Shown here one piece after another: positions 15,698 to 25,300 of a DNA stretch of 26,560 nt (positions are counted from its first letter, which is position 1; each line of letters starts with the position of its first letter). The notes below the pieces were generated by a model. It saw nothing but the letters and a program-made list of their open reading frames with translations. It had not been told where the DNA came from and did not search any database. Position numbers and translations under genes: made by a program. The stretch is from a virus (taxonomy: Duplodnaviria; Caudoviricetes): IMG/VR virus record IMGVR_UViG_3300017902_000266, positions 1-26,560 of that record; one strand, 5' to 3'.

Positions 15698-15744
15698 ATA
15701 AATACTTCTAGCTTAGAGAAAGTGTCTGTAGGACTAGAAGTATG
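15698..15744 (+). promoter_or_regulatory. Late promoter ATAAATA overlapping a start-codon-sequestering hairpin
   Basis: ATAAATA at 15698-15704; ATACTTCTAG (15702-15711) is the exact reverse complement of CTAGAAGTAT (15734-15743). Confidence 0.8.
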
Positions 15745-18213
15745 TCAAAAATTCTTGCCAATGAAATTGCAAATTACGGTGACAATGCACCGATAGATCT
15801 GAAAGAAGGTCTGAATATTCCTGCGGGTAAACCTATACAGGCAGCAGGAGTTTCTGGTACAAGTGGACAAGTCCTAAGTTCTACAGGGACTAGTATCAAT
15901 TGGATCACACCATTTGATGGAGATTATACTAGTCTATCTAACAGACCAACCATCCCCGCAGCACAAGTAAATTCAGATTGGAATGCGACAAGTGGTGTAG
16001 CAGTAATATTAAACAAACCAACAGTACCTCCTCTAACAAGTCTTGTAGTAAACCCTGCAGGAACACCTTCTCTAACTTTTGATGGTGGTAACGGACAGTT
16101 CACATATACTCCACCAGATCTTTCTAACTACGACACTGCATTTGGATGGGGTGATCACGCACAGGCAGGATATGTTACAACTTCTGGGACACAAACTATT
16201 TCTGGAGCAAAAACATTTTCTGCATCTACAATTTTCTCTGATAGTGTAGATTTTGAAGGCAATCCTAATGCTGGTGCTGCACTTAGTATGCAATTCTATA
16301 AAGGAAATGGAACTAACTCTGATTTAGATACTTTAAAATTCTTTAATAGATCAGGAATCACAATAGGTGCTGGTGAAGGTGGTCAGTTCACTATGAGATC
16401 TTGGAACAATAATTCTTCTTACATTTTGACAAGCGGAGATAGTTTCTTTATTGATGGTGGAACAAGCACTGCTATAAAAATAAGAACTCAGTTTGCAAGA
16501 AATGCAATTGTTTGTAATTCTGACAATGGTGGTACTGGTACAGTTGAATTGTATCATTCTGCTAGTGGTACAGCAACTAAGAAACTTGAAACAACTTCTG
16601 CAGGAGCTTCAGTTTATGGACAGTTAACTGTTGATGGTTTAGTTTCAAATGGAATTGTTAATTTAGTATCTAATAATTTAATTACTCAAGGAAGACTCTA
16701 CTACAATAATTTCTTTAGTGGAGGACATACAACTCTTCCTAGTGCAAATGCATATCCAGGTATGTTTGTAAGTCTTATTGATGGTTTAGATTATGGTCAA
16801 GCATATTTTGCAGATGATATGGGTAGCACTATAACAGTTACAGTGGGAGTAGATACTGTTGCTGGTCAATCAACTGGTGTATTTTATTTTGATGGTGTAG
16901 AAAAACCAGGATCATATGCCGTATCAAGAGGTTCTAAGTATACCTTTGATCAATCAAACTCAACTAATGCTACTTATGGTGGTGTACATCATCCATTAAT
17001 GTTCAGTACAACATTAGATGGAGAGTTAGCTGGTGGATCTCATTACACGTTAGGCGTCACCTATAAATTAGATGGTGTTACTAAAACCATGGCAGAATAT
17101 GTCAGTGGATTTACAGCTGCTACTACTCGTATAGTTGAATGGGTACCTACTCCCAACTCACCAAACACATTATATTATTGGTGTCATTTTCATACAGGTC
17201 AAGGTAATAGTTTTGCTATTGATAATCAATCTTGGATTAAATTATTAGATAAGAATAGTCCACTTGGTCTCCTTGCTGACGTAGATCTATCAACACCTCC
17301 AACAACAGGACAAGTTCTGAAATGGGATGGAAACAACTGGGTTGCAGGTCCTGACAATGCTGGTAGTGGTGGTACTGGTATCGCACTAACAGACATCTCT
17401 GTTACAACTGCAACTGCTGGAACTGCTGCATTAACATATAACAATGTAAGTGGTGTCTTTACATATACTCCTCCAGATGTCTCTAACTTCTTAACATCTT
17501 TTACTGAAACTGATCCAGTATACAGTGCATCTCCAGCAGCAGGAATTTTATCTTCTAATATTTCTAACTGGGATACAGCATACGGTTGGGGTAACCATGC
17601 ATCAGCAGGATATTTAACAACAGAGACTAGTCATGCTGACGTAGTTGTAGATGGTGACTTTACATCTAGTGGATTGATGAAGCGTGGTGCTTCTTCTGGT
17701 ACATATAGCATAGTTACTGATAACTCTAACAACTGGAACACTGCATACGGTTGGGGTAATCATGCCTCTGCAGGATATCTAACATCTTATACTGTAACAG
17801 CATCTGATCTTAATGGTATTTCTGTCAACGCATTATCAGATGTCAACACTGCTGGTGTATCAGTCAATGATGTATTGAAATGGAACGGTAGTTCTTGGAC
17901 TGCTCAAGCAGATGCTACTGGTGGAGGTGGCGGTGGTGCTAATGTAACCATCTCAGATACTGCACCTGGCGGAGCAAGTGTTGGTGACTTATGGTGGGAG
18001 TCAGATAAAGGAAGACTAAAAATATATTATCAAGATGTTGACACAACTCAATGGGTAGATGCATCACCACCACTAGCACCAGCATTATCTTCAAATGCTC
18101 CTGCTACTGCAAGTTCTGCTGGAAGTGAGGGAGATATTAGATTTGATTCTGGGTATGTGTATGTTTGTATTGCTACCAATACTTGGAAGAGAGCAGCATT
18201 AACAACTTGGTAA
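15742..18213 (+). CDS. Tail fibre / virion structural protein with an inserted cupredoxin-like domain
   Basis: Gly/Ser/Thr-rich; repeats YGWGNHA, FTYTPPD and VLKWDG; C-terminal GDIRFD..YVYVC...NTWKR; HP...YYWCHFH domain. Confidence 0.85.
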   Translation: MSKILANEIANYGDNAPIDLKEGLNIPAGKPIQAAGVSGTSGQVLSSTGTSINWITPFDGDYTSLSNRPTIPAAQVNSDWNATSGVAVILNKPTVPPLTSLVVNPAGTPSLTFDGGNGQFTYTPPDLSNYDTAFGWGDHAQAGYVTTSGTQTISGAKTFSASTIFSDSVDFEGNPNAGAALSMQFYKGNGTNSDLDTLKFFNRSGITIGAGEGGQFTMRSWNNNSSYILTSGDSFFIDGGTSTAIKIRTQFARNAIVCNSDNGGTGTVELYHSASGTATKKLETTSAGASVYGQLTVDGLVSNGIVNLVSNNLITQGRLYYNNFFSGGHTTLPSANAYPGMFVSLIDGLDYGQAYFADDMGSTITVTVGVDTVAGQSTGVFYFDGVEKPGSYAVSRGSKYTFDQSNSTNATYGGVHHPLMFSTTLDGELAGGSHYTLGVTYKLDGVTKTMAEYVSGFTAATTRIVEWVPTPNSPNTLYYWCHFHTGQGNSFAIDNQSWIKLLDKNSPLGLLADVDLSTPPTTGQVLKWDGNNWVAGPDNAGSGGTGIALTDISVTTATAGTAALTYNNVSGVFTYTPPDVSNFLTSFTETDPVYSASPAAGILSSNISNWDTAYGWGNHASAGYLTTETSHADVVVDGDFTSSGLMKRGASSGTYSIVTDNSNNWNTAYGWGNHASAGYLTSYTVTASDLNGISVNALSDVNTAGVSVNDVLKWNGSSWTAQADATGGGGGGANVTISDTAPGGASVGDLWWESDKGRLKIYYQDVDTTQWVDASPPLAPALSSNAPATASSAGSEGDIRFDSGYVYVCIATNTWKRAALTTW
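17566..17784 (+). repeat. Intragenic direct repeat encoding NW(D/N)TAYGWGNHASAGYLT
   Basis: Copies at 17566-17619 and 17731-17784 (165 nt apart); a diverged third copy near 16126-16179. Confidence 0.85.
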
Positions 18214-18219
18214 TAAATA
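18213..18219 (+). promoter_or_regulatory. Late promoter ATAAATA
   Basis: Intergenic, followed by AAGGAG and the ATG at 18242. Confidence 0.75.
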
Positions 18220-18241
18220 ATAAACAAGGAGCACTACTAAA

Positions 18242-19399
18242 ATGGCAATAAATTTTCCCAGTACAGCGGGACAACCAACAAATGGATCTTATACTTATAC
18301 TGTAGCAGGGATTAGTTATTCTTGGAACGGTGAAAGTTGGGTTGCAGCTGGTGCTGGTGCAAGTGCTACTGACAGAACTTTATTCAGTGTATCAACAAAT
18401 GCTGCTAGTGCTACTCCAGCATTATCTTACAACAATAACTCTGGCGTATTTTCATATACTCCTCCTGACCTATCACCTTATCTAACAGCAGAATCAGATA
18501 CATTACAATCTGTAATTAATAGAGGTAATACTGTTACAGGAACAGACATAAATTTTGGAGAATATATAGCAAACGCTCCAAAGATTACATATGATGATTC
18601 TGATGATTTACTTTGGTTTAAATGTCAAACTGCTGGTTCATCATCTTCTAAAATATGGTTGGGGAATGGTATTAGTTTTAATAATCTTTCAATACAACAA
18701 ACTACAACCCAAGCAGAATTTATTGTACATAATGCAGATTTATTCTTAGCAACTTATACTTCTAATAAAGATATTATACTACAAACTTCTCAAAACACCA
18801 TTCTCCAAGTAGATAGTTATGATGCTATTAAAGTTTTAGAAAATGGTCTTACCAATGGTGCTGCTCTAAGTGTTGAACTTAATTGGGGAAGCACTAACTC
18901 TGTATTGCCAGGTGGAGGGACAGGAGGTAAAAGACTAGAAACAACTAGCACTGGAGTCACCGTAACTGGAACTGTTGATGCTACTGCATTTGTCGGTGAT
19001 GGAACTGGACTAACTAACGTAACTTCTGGTGCAGCAAGAACAACTGTGGCAGCAACAAACAGTATTGCAGCAAATGGCATAGCAAACATTTCTATGACTA
19101 CGCCAAAAACATATGCTCTATTGAGTATTGAAACATCACATGCAGCATGGGTCACATTATACAGTGATGCTGCAAGTAGAACTGCTGACTCAACTAGAAA
19201 TGAAACAACAGATCCTGTAGCTGGTTCTGGTGTTCTTGCTGAAGTTATCACTAGTGGTTCTACTACACAATTAATTACTCCAGCATCTGTATGCTTTAAT
19301 TCTGCTGGTGCAAACACAACATATTTAAAGATAGTTAATAAGAGTGGTGGTACTGCTAATGTTCAAGTCATACTGACCTATGTTTCTCTGGAGACTTAA
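18242..19399 (+). CDS. Tail fibre-like virion structural protein
   Basis: MAINFP...YSWNGESW N-terminal module; FSYTPPD, DTLQSV..RGN, RLETTSTGVTVTG and AFVGDGTGLT fibre motifs. Confidence 0.85.
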   Translation: MAINFPSTAGQPTNGSYTYTVAGISYSWNGESWVAAGAGASATDRTLFSVSTNAASATPALSYNNNSGVFSYTPPDLSPYLTAESDTLQSVINRGNTVTGTDINFGEYIANAPKITYDDSDDLLWFKCQTAGSSSSKIWLGNGISFNNLSIQQTTTQAEFIVHNADLFLATYTSNKDIILQTSQNTILQVDSYDAIKVLENGLTNGAALSVELNWGSTNSVLPGGGTGGKRLETTSTGVTVTGTVDATAFVGDGTGLTNVTSGAARTTVAATNSIAANGIANISMTTPKTYALLSIETSHAAWVTLYSDAASRTADSTRNETTDPVAGSGVLAEVITSGSTTQLITPASVCFNSAGANTTYLKIVNKSGGTANVQVILTYVSLET

Positions 19400-19401
19400 A
19401 G

Positions 19402-22311
19402 ATGTCTGAAAAAATTTACATCGTTACTCTTCATAAGAAGGAAGATCTAGAAGGATTCTACACTGATATGGAGAACAACGGATTTGTTTTAGATGCAAAA
19501 CGTGAAATCAGTAGGAACACACACTACTGGATGACTGAGGAACAGGCAATAGAATTAAGAAAAGACAGTAGGGTTTGGGACGTAGAAGGTGTAGAAGATA
19601 TTAAATGGAAACGTGAAGCTAACAGAGAACCCTATACTATATCAGGAGATTTTGGCAAGAATTCTTTAGGAAGTCCTCTCATCAGACAATGGGGACAGGT
19701 ACATTGTGCTGGTAATGATGGTCAGAGAGGTAAGGGAAGTTTTGGTGTTAATGATGTTATCAATACCAGTGTAGATATATTTGATAATGGTGAGCATGTT
19801 GATGTTGTTATATGTGACGATCCAGTATCATATGATAGTGAAGAATGGTATAGTCCTTCAAAAGGTGTATCAAGATTTGTACAATATCAATGGTTTAATG
19901 AATTAAATTCAATAGTAAATGCTGGTGGTATGCCAACTGGTACTATAACATATGGAACTAATGCTGCTACTGCACAGTATCACGGTAACCATGTGTGTGG
20001 TACTGTAGCAGGACAGTTTTATGGTTGGGCAAATGAAGCAAACATTTATAATCTAGCAGTTACAGATCCATGGCCATCAGGACAACAGTTAAGTGCTTTA
20101 CTTATTTTTGATTACTTAAGAGCATTTCATTTAAACAAACCTATCAATCCAATAACTGGATATAGAAATCCTACAGTTACTAATCACAGTTACGGTGGTT
20201 ACTTTACACCACTTGGTGGTGATGCTCTTACTTTTTCTGATATAAATTATATTGTTTATCGTGGAGTACAATACGATGCTAATAATCCTGGTCCTAGTGG
20301 TTGGACTTCAGCAGGAGTAGCACAAGATTTTAATGTAAAATATATTGATGAGTACAATTCACACTCTACTGCTGTTGCTGCTGATGTAGAAGATGCTATT
20401 GAAGAAGGGGTAGTTGTTGTTGGGTCAGCTGGCAATCGTGATATGCATGTTGCTAAATTAAATGATCAAGATTGGGACAATATTATTAGTACAACAAGTA
20501 CCACAAGATATTATATGAGAGGTTCATGGCCAAACACTGATGATAGTGGAAGTGTTGTTACTGGTTCACTCAGTCGTGACGATGATTTTAGAAAATCTTC
20601 TTTTTCAAACTTCGGTCCTGGTCTTGATATATTTGCACCTGGTCACAACATCTATTCTTCTTTTGGTAACACTGGTAGTACTGATACAAAATATACTCAA
20701 GGAACTGCTAATTTTTATGGCAACATTAGTGGAACCAGTATGGCAGCACCACAGGTAGCAGGAGTTCTTGCATGTGCTGCTAGTAGAAAAGAAAGATTTA
20801 CACAAGATGATGCTAGAAGATATTTGAATGACACATCAAAATACAATGACATGACAGTTGATGCTTTTGGTGGTGATTATACTGATCCAACAGTTGGATA
20901 TGGAGGTCCTAACAAATATTTGATTGCAAAAAATCCAAGAGCAGAGACTGGTATGATTAAATCTCTTGCTGGAATAAGAAAGGAAACAGGACAGACATTC
21001 CCTAGACCAAAACTATTCAACAAAGAGGGTGGAGATCTACTAAACAATGGTAGTGTTATAATGAGACAAGGATTTGATGGTGGTCTTATTACATACACAT
21101 GGAGTCAAGCATCAACTTATAGTTACACCATAGACATTCGTGTACCAACATCTCCTACTACTGGATCATTCCCAGTTGCTATTTTATTACATGGTGCTGG
21201 CGGTAATGGTGCAGCAGAGATCTCTCAGTGGAATAATTATTTTCCAAATCATATCCTCATAGCACCAACTGGATTTAATAATCTATGGAATATTGTAGAT
21301 GAAAGTGATGCACCAGACTTTCAATTCTTATCTGATCTTATGGTACAGTTAGAGAAGTATAGAAATGTTCGTAAGGTAAATGGTACTGCTGAAATTTCAA
21401 TGATTGGTATATCTAATGGTGCAGCAATGGCATTGAGAATGGGTGTAGAATATGCTGGTTCACAATTAAGATATGTTGTTGCACTAGTATCTCAGTTACA
21501 TGACCAACAATGGAGATCTCCAAGTTGGTACAAACCATCTGATCATGAGAATACAGATTCATCTGTTGTTAATAGAGGATATGATACAGCATTCACTCCT
21601 TATGGTGTAATTGACAGAACACCAATCGCTAAAGGTAGATATTACCTACAGATAAATGGTCAGAATGATAATATCATTCCATATGAAGGTGGCAACGGAC
21701 CTGGTGGTGCAATATTTAATTCAGCACAAGATAGTTTGTATAATCTTGCTGCGTATCAGCAGATGCATCCTGATCCTAAACAAAATACATTCCAATTCCA
21801 TTACACACCAGATACAAATCTTTTACTACAGCAGTACATAACAAACAGAATTTATGATGACTTGATAGCATATCATGGTAGGTATACTGGTCTTGGACAT
21901 GCTGTAAATAATTCTATGAGAAATTGTGTAGCAGATTTTGTTCAAAACAATGGTGGCATACCATTAAGTCCTGTTGGTAATACTTATACATTAACAGTAT
22001 CAAACAACGGAGCTAGCGACTATAGGTTTACAGGATCTGATAGTTCTACTAACCATGCCAATGCACTTGACCCAGTAATTTCAATGAATGTAGGTGACAC
22101 TATAAGTTTCAACTTAAGTATAATAGGTAATCATCCTTTCTTGATTAAGACTGTAAGAACATTGGGAACAGGTGATCAGGTTACAAATCCTCCAGCAACA
22201 AATAATGGTTCCAACTTTGGAACAGTTAGTTGGACACCAACTGTAGCAGGAACATACTGGTACATATGTCAGTTCCATTTTGGAATGGCAAATAGAATCA
22301 TAGTATCATAG
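19402..22311 (+). CDS. Subtilisin-like S8 protease fused to an alpha/beta-hydrolase (esterase) and a cupredoxin-like domain
   Basis: S8: VVICDD, HGNHVCG, SAGN, GTSMAAP. Esterase: LLHGAGG, GISNG, NGQND, GLGH. C-terminal NHPF...YICQFHFGM. Confidence 0.88.
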   Translation: MSEKIYIVTLHKKEDLEGFYTDMENNGFVLDAKREISRNTHYWMTEEQAIELRKDSRVWDVEGVEDIKWKREANREPYTISGDFGKNSLGSPLIRQWGQVHCAGNDGQRGKGSFGVNDVINTSVDIFDNGEHVDVVICDDPVSYDSEEWYSPSKGVSRFVQYQWFNELNSIVNAGGMPTGTITYGTNAATAQYHGNHVCGTVAGQFYGWANEANIYNLAVTDPWPSGQQLSALLIFDYLRAFHLNKPINPITGYRNPTVTNHSYGGYFTPLGGDALTFSDINYIVYRGVQYDANNPGPSGWTSAGVAQDFNVKYIDEYNSHSTAVAADVEDAIEEGVVVVGSAGNRDMHVAKLNDQDWDNIISTTSTTRYYMRGSWPNTDDSGSVVTGSLSRDDDFRKSSFSNFGPGLDIFAPGHNIYSSFGNTGSTDTKYTQGTANFYGNISGTSMAAPQVAGVLACAASRKERFTQDDARRYLNDTSKYNDMTVDAFGGDYTDPTVGYGGPNKYLIAKNPRAETGMIKSLAGIRKETGQTFPRPKLFNKEGGDLLNNGSVIMRQGFDGGLITYTWSQASTYSYTIDIRVPTSPTTGSFPVAILLHGAGGNGAAEISQWNNYFPNHILIAPTGFNNLWNIVDESDAPDFQFLSDLMVQLEKYRNVRKVNGTAEISMIGISNGAAMALRMGVEYAGSQLRYVVALVSQLHDQQWRSPSWYKPSDHENTDSSVVNRGYDTAFTPYGVIDRTPIAKGRYYLQINGQNDNIIPYEGGNGPGGAIFNSAQDSLYNLAAYQQMHPDPKQNTFQFHYTPDTNLLLQQYITNRIYDDLIAYHGRYTGLGHAVNNSMRNCVADFVQNNGGIPLSPVGNTYTLTVSNNGASDYRFTGSDSSTNHANALDPVISMNVGDTISFNLSIIGNHPFLIKTVRTLGTGDQVTNPPATNNGSNFGTVSWTPTVAGTYWYICQFHFGMANRIIVS

Positions 22312-22312
22312 C

Positions 22313-22319
22313 ATAAATA
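22313..22319 (+). promoter_or_regulatory. Late promoter ATAAATA
   Basis: Intergenic, upstream of the ATG at 22351. Confidence 0.7.
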
Positions 22320-22350
22320 AACCAGAGCAATAGTATCGTTTGGTAGATAA

Positions 22351-25300
22351 ATGGCAGATCGTTTTCCGTTAATTGTAAACTCGGTTTCTCAAAAGATTGA
22401 GGAACTGGTTTCTGGCGACAATTTAGATCTTTCTGGTAACAATATTGTTATCAGTGGAGATACAGGATCAGGAAAATACCTGACCAGTAATGGTAGTGTG
22501 GTTTCTTGGGGATCACCTGGTGATGTTTACTTGAACGCATCACAAACTCTAACAAATAAAACTTTTGATTCCTGTGTTATCTCAGGTTCTGTTAATACCT
22601 TATCAAACATACCAAACACTGCTCTTGTAAACTCAGGTATCACAGTCAACGGATCTACTATTGCTCTTGGTGGAACAGTTACTACACCTGATAACAACAC
22701 AACTTATACTGTATCTACTGTAGACGGATCAAGTGCTGCAAGAAAAGTAATTAGATTAACATCAGGTGGTAATGCTGGTGCTGGTGTAGATGATGACATC
22801 ACTCTAGTTGCTGGTACAAACATGACTATCTCTAGAGCTGGAGATGAGTTGACCTTTGCTTCTAGTTATGTTGATACTGATACTATAACAACTTTACAGT
22901 CAGCAACTGGTGGTGTAGCACAGACTGGTGCTATGGTCATAGCAGCTGGTGGATCATCTACCGTATCACAGGATGCAGCAACAAGAACGATTACAATCAG
23001 TTCAACTTACGTTGATACGATTACAAGATTAAGAGCAACAACAGGACAAGTATTTGCTCCTGCTGACTTTACATTCTTAGACGGCGGTGCAACTACTGTC
23101 TCTCAAGGTGTAGATGGAAACGGTGATCCAACAATCACATACAGTTCAGTAGATACAATTACAAGATTGAAAGGTGGTGCTGCTGGATCATTTGTGACTG
23201 GTGACACAACGATCACAGGTGGAACAAACGTAACGGTATCACAAGCTGGTAACACTATCTCTGTCGCAAGTGTAGACACAGACACTGTTACTAGATTAGC
23301 AACTGGAGCTAACGCTTTGGGTGCTGGAGACTTTAGATTTGCAGGAAGTGGTGCAACTAATGTCTCACAAAACACTGCTGGTGGCGTAACTACAATCACA
23401 GTCACATCACAGAACGATGATACTGGTGCATCTCTTACAGCATCATCAGGTATCATATTATCTGGTACAGATTTTCAATTAAAAAATGCTGGAACATTTA
23501 CTGGTAATACTTTATTGAAATGGGACTCTGGTAATAGTCAGTTTACAGATGGTATTATTACTGATAACGGATCTACTGTTACTGTCAATGGAGACTTAGT
23601 AGTAGAAGGAACTCAAACAATCTTGAACACCAGTACTCTACAGGTAGAAGATAATAATATAGAATTAAGAAAGGGAAATAATTTAGTAGGAAGTAATGGT
23701 GGTATAACAATAAACAGAACATCTGATTCTGCTGGTAATATCACATCTTATGTACAACTACAATGGAATGAAAGTGTAGGATACTGGAGATCATTTGATG
23801 GTTCTGTTGAGAAGAGATTTGTAACAGAGGGTGAGTCACAGGTATTAACAAACAAGACTCTTACTTCTCCTATATTAACTGCACCACAATTAGGATCAGC
23901 AACTGCAACATCTATCAATGGATTGATCATTGCATCAACTGCATCTGGAGAATTAGATATTGCTACAGGCAAAAAACTTGATGTTGATAGAGACTTACTG
24001 TTTACATCAGATAATAACACTGCATCTATCAGTATAAACTTCAGACAAGGTGGTAACGTAGCATATACTTCAGACACACTTGCATCTTTTGCATCTACTA
24101 CATCTACACAGATGCGTGGTTTGATTACAGATACAACAGGAACAAATCGTCTAGTATTCCAAGACTCACCTACAATCTTAACATCACTCAACACAACATC
24201 ATCTGGATTTACTTTATTAAACTCTACTGTAACTAACGTAGCAGCATTTGGTGGTGCTGGTATTATTACGATGGGTCAAACTGGTGGTACATTTACTATC
24301 AACCAGAACCTAGTAGTCAACGAAGATCTAACAGTTGGATCTACAATATCAGATACTATTACAATTAATGGTATATTAAACTCAGAGAATGCTGACATAC
24401 TAATTCGTGGAACCAGCAATGATCCAATGAGAGTTGGTCGTGGTAACAGTAATGTTAATACAAACACTGCAGTGGGTGTACAGGCACTTAACAGTATAAC
24501 TTCTGGATCTCAAAACACAGGTTATGGATATCAGGCATTGTTCACAACAAATAGCGGTGCTGCGAATACTGCTATTGGAAACAGAGCATTACGAGCAAAC
24601 GGTATCGGAAGTAACAACATAGCTATTGGTCGTGACTCCATGCTAGTAACCCTAGACGGAACTAAGAACGTAGCAATTGGAAACAATACACTTGAGAGCA
24701 ACAGTGGAGGAGATGGAAACGTCTGTATTGGACACTATGCTGGTTTTGATGTACTAGGTAATAATAATGTTCTCATAGGTCCTGCATACAATGAGAACTC
24801 TGGTGATGTAACATTCAGACCTCCTAATATTAGTGGTGATAATCAACTTGTTATTGGTTCTGGTGGACAAGCATGGATCAGAGGTGATGCAAACTATGAC
24901 ATAACAATAGACGAAGACCTTACAGTATCTAAAGATGTTCTTGTTAAAGGTAATCTTACAGTACAAGGTGTTGAAACTATAGTTAAATCAAACATAGTTC
25001 AGATAACAGATAAAAATATTGAACTTGCTGCTGTTGTTAGCACACAGTTTGTTGCTACTGTTACCAGTGGAACTCCAAACATCACATCTATAACTCCTAC
25101 TGCTGGTTTGATACCTGGCATGACAGTTACCACATCTACTGGTGGTATCACGATACCTAACAACACAATTATTGTTTCTATCACAAACAATGCTGCTGTC
25201 TTATCAAATAATGTTACAGGTAATGGACAAGCAACCATCACTGCGATAGGTCCTTCTGATGGAGCAGCAGAAGATGGTGGTCTTATTGTAAAAGGTAGCA

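Noticed and set aside
17566-17784. Direct repeats as a CRISPR array or DGR template/variable repeat
   Set aside because: The copies are in-frame coding repeats differing mainly at synonymous sites, not adenine-specific; there is no spacer array and no reverse transcriptase in the window.
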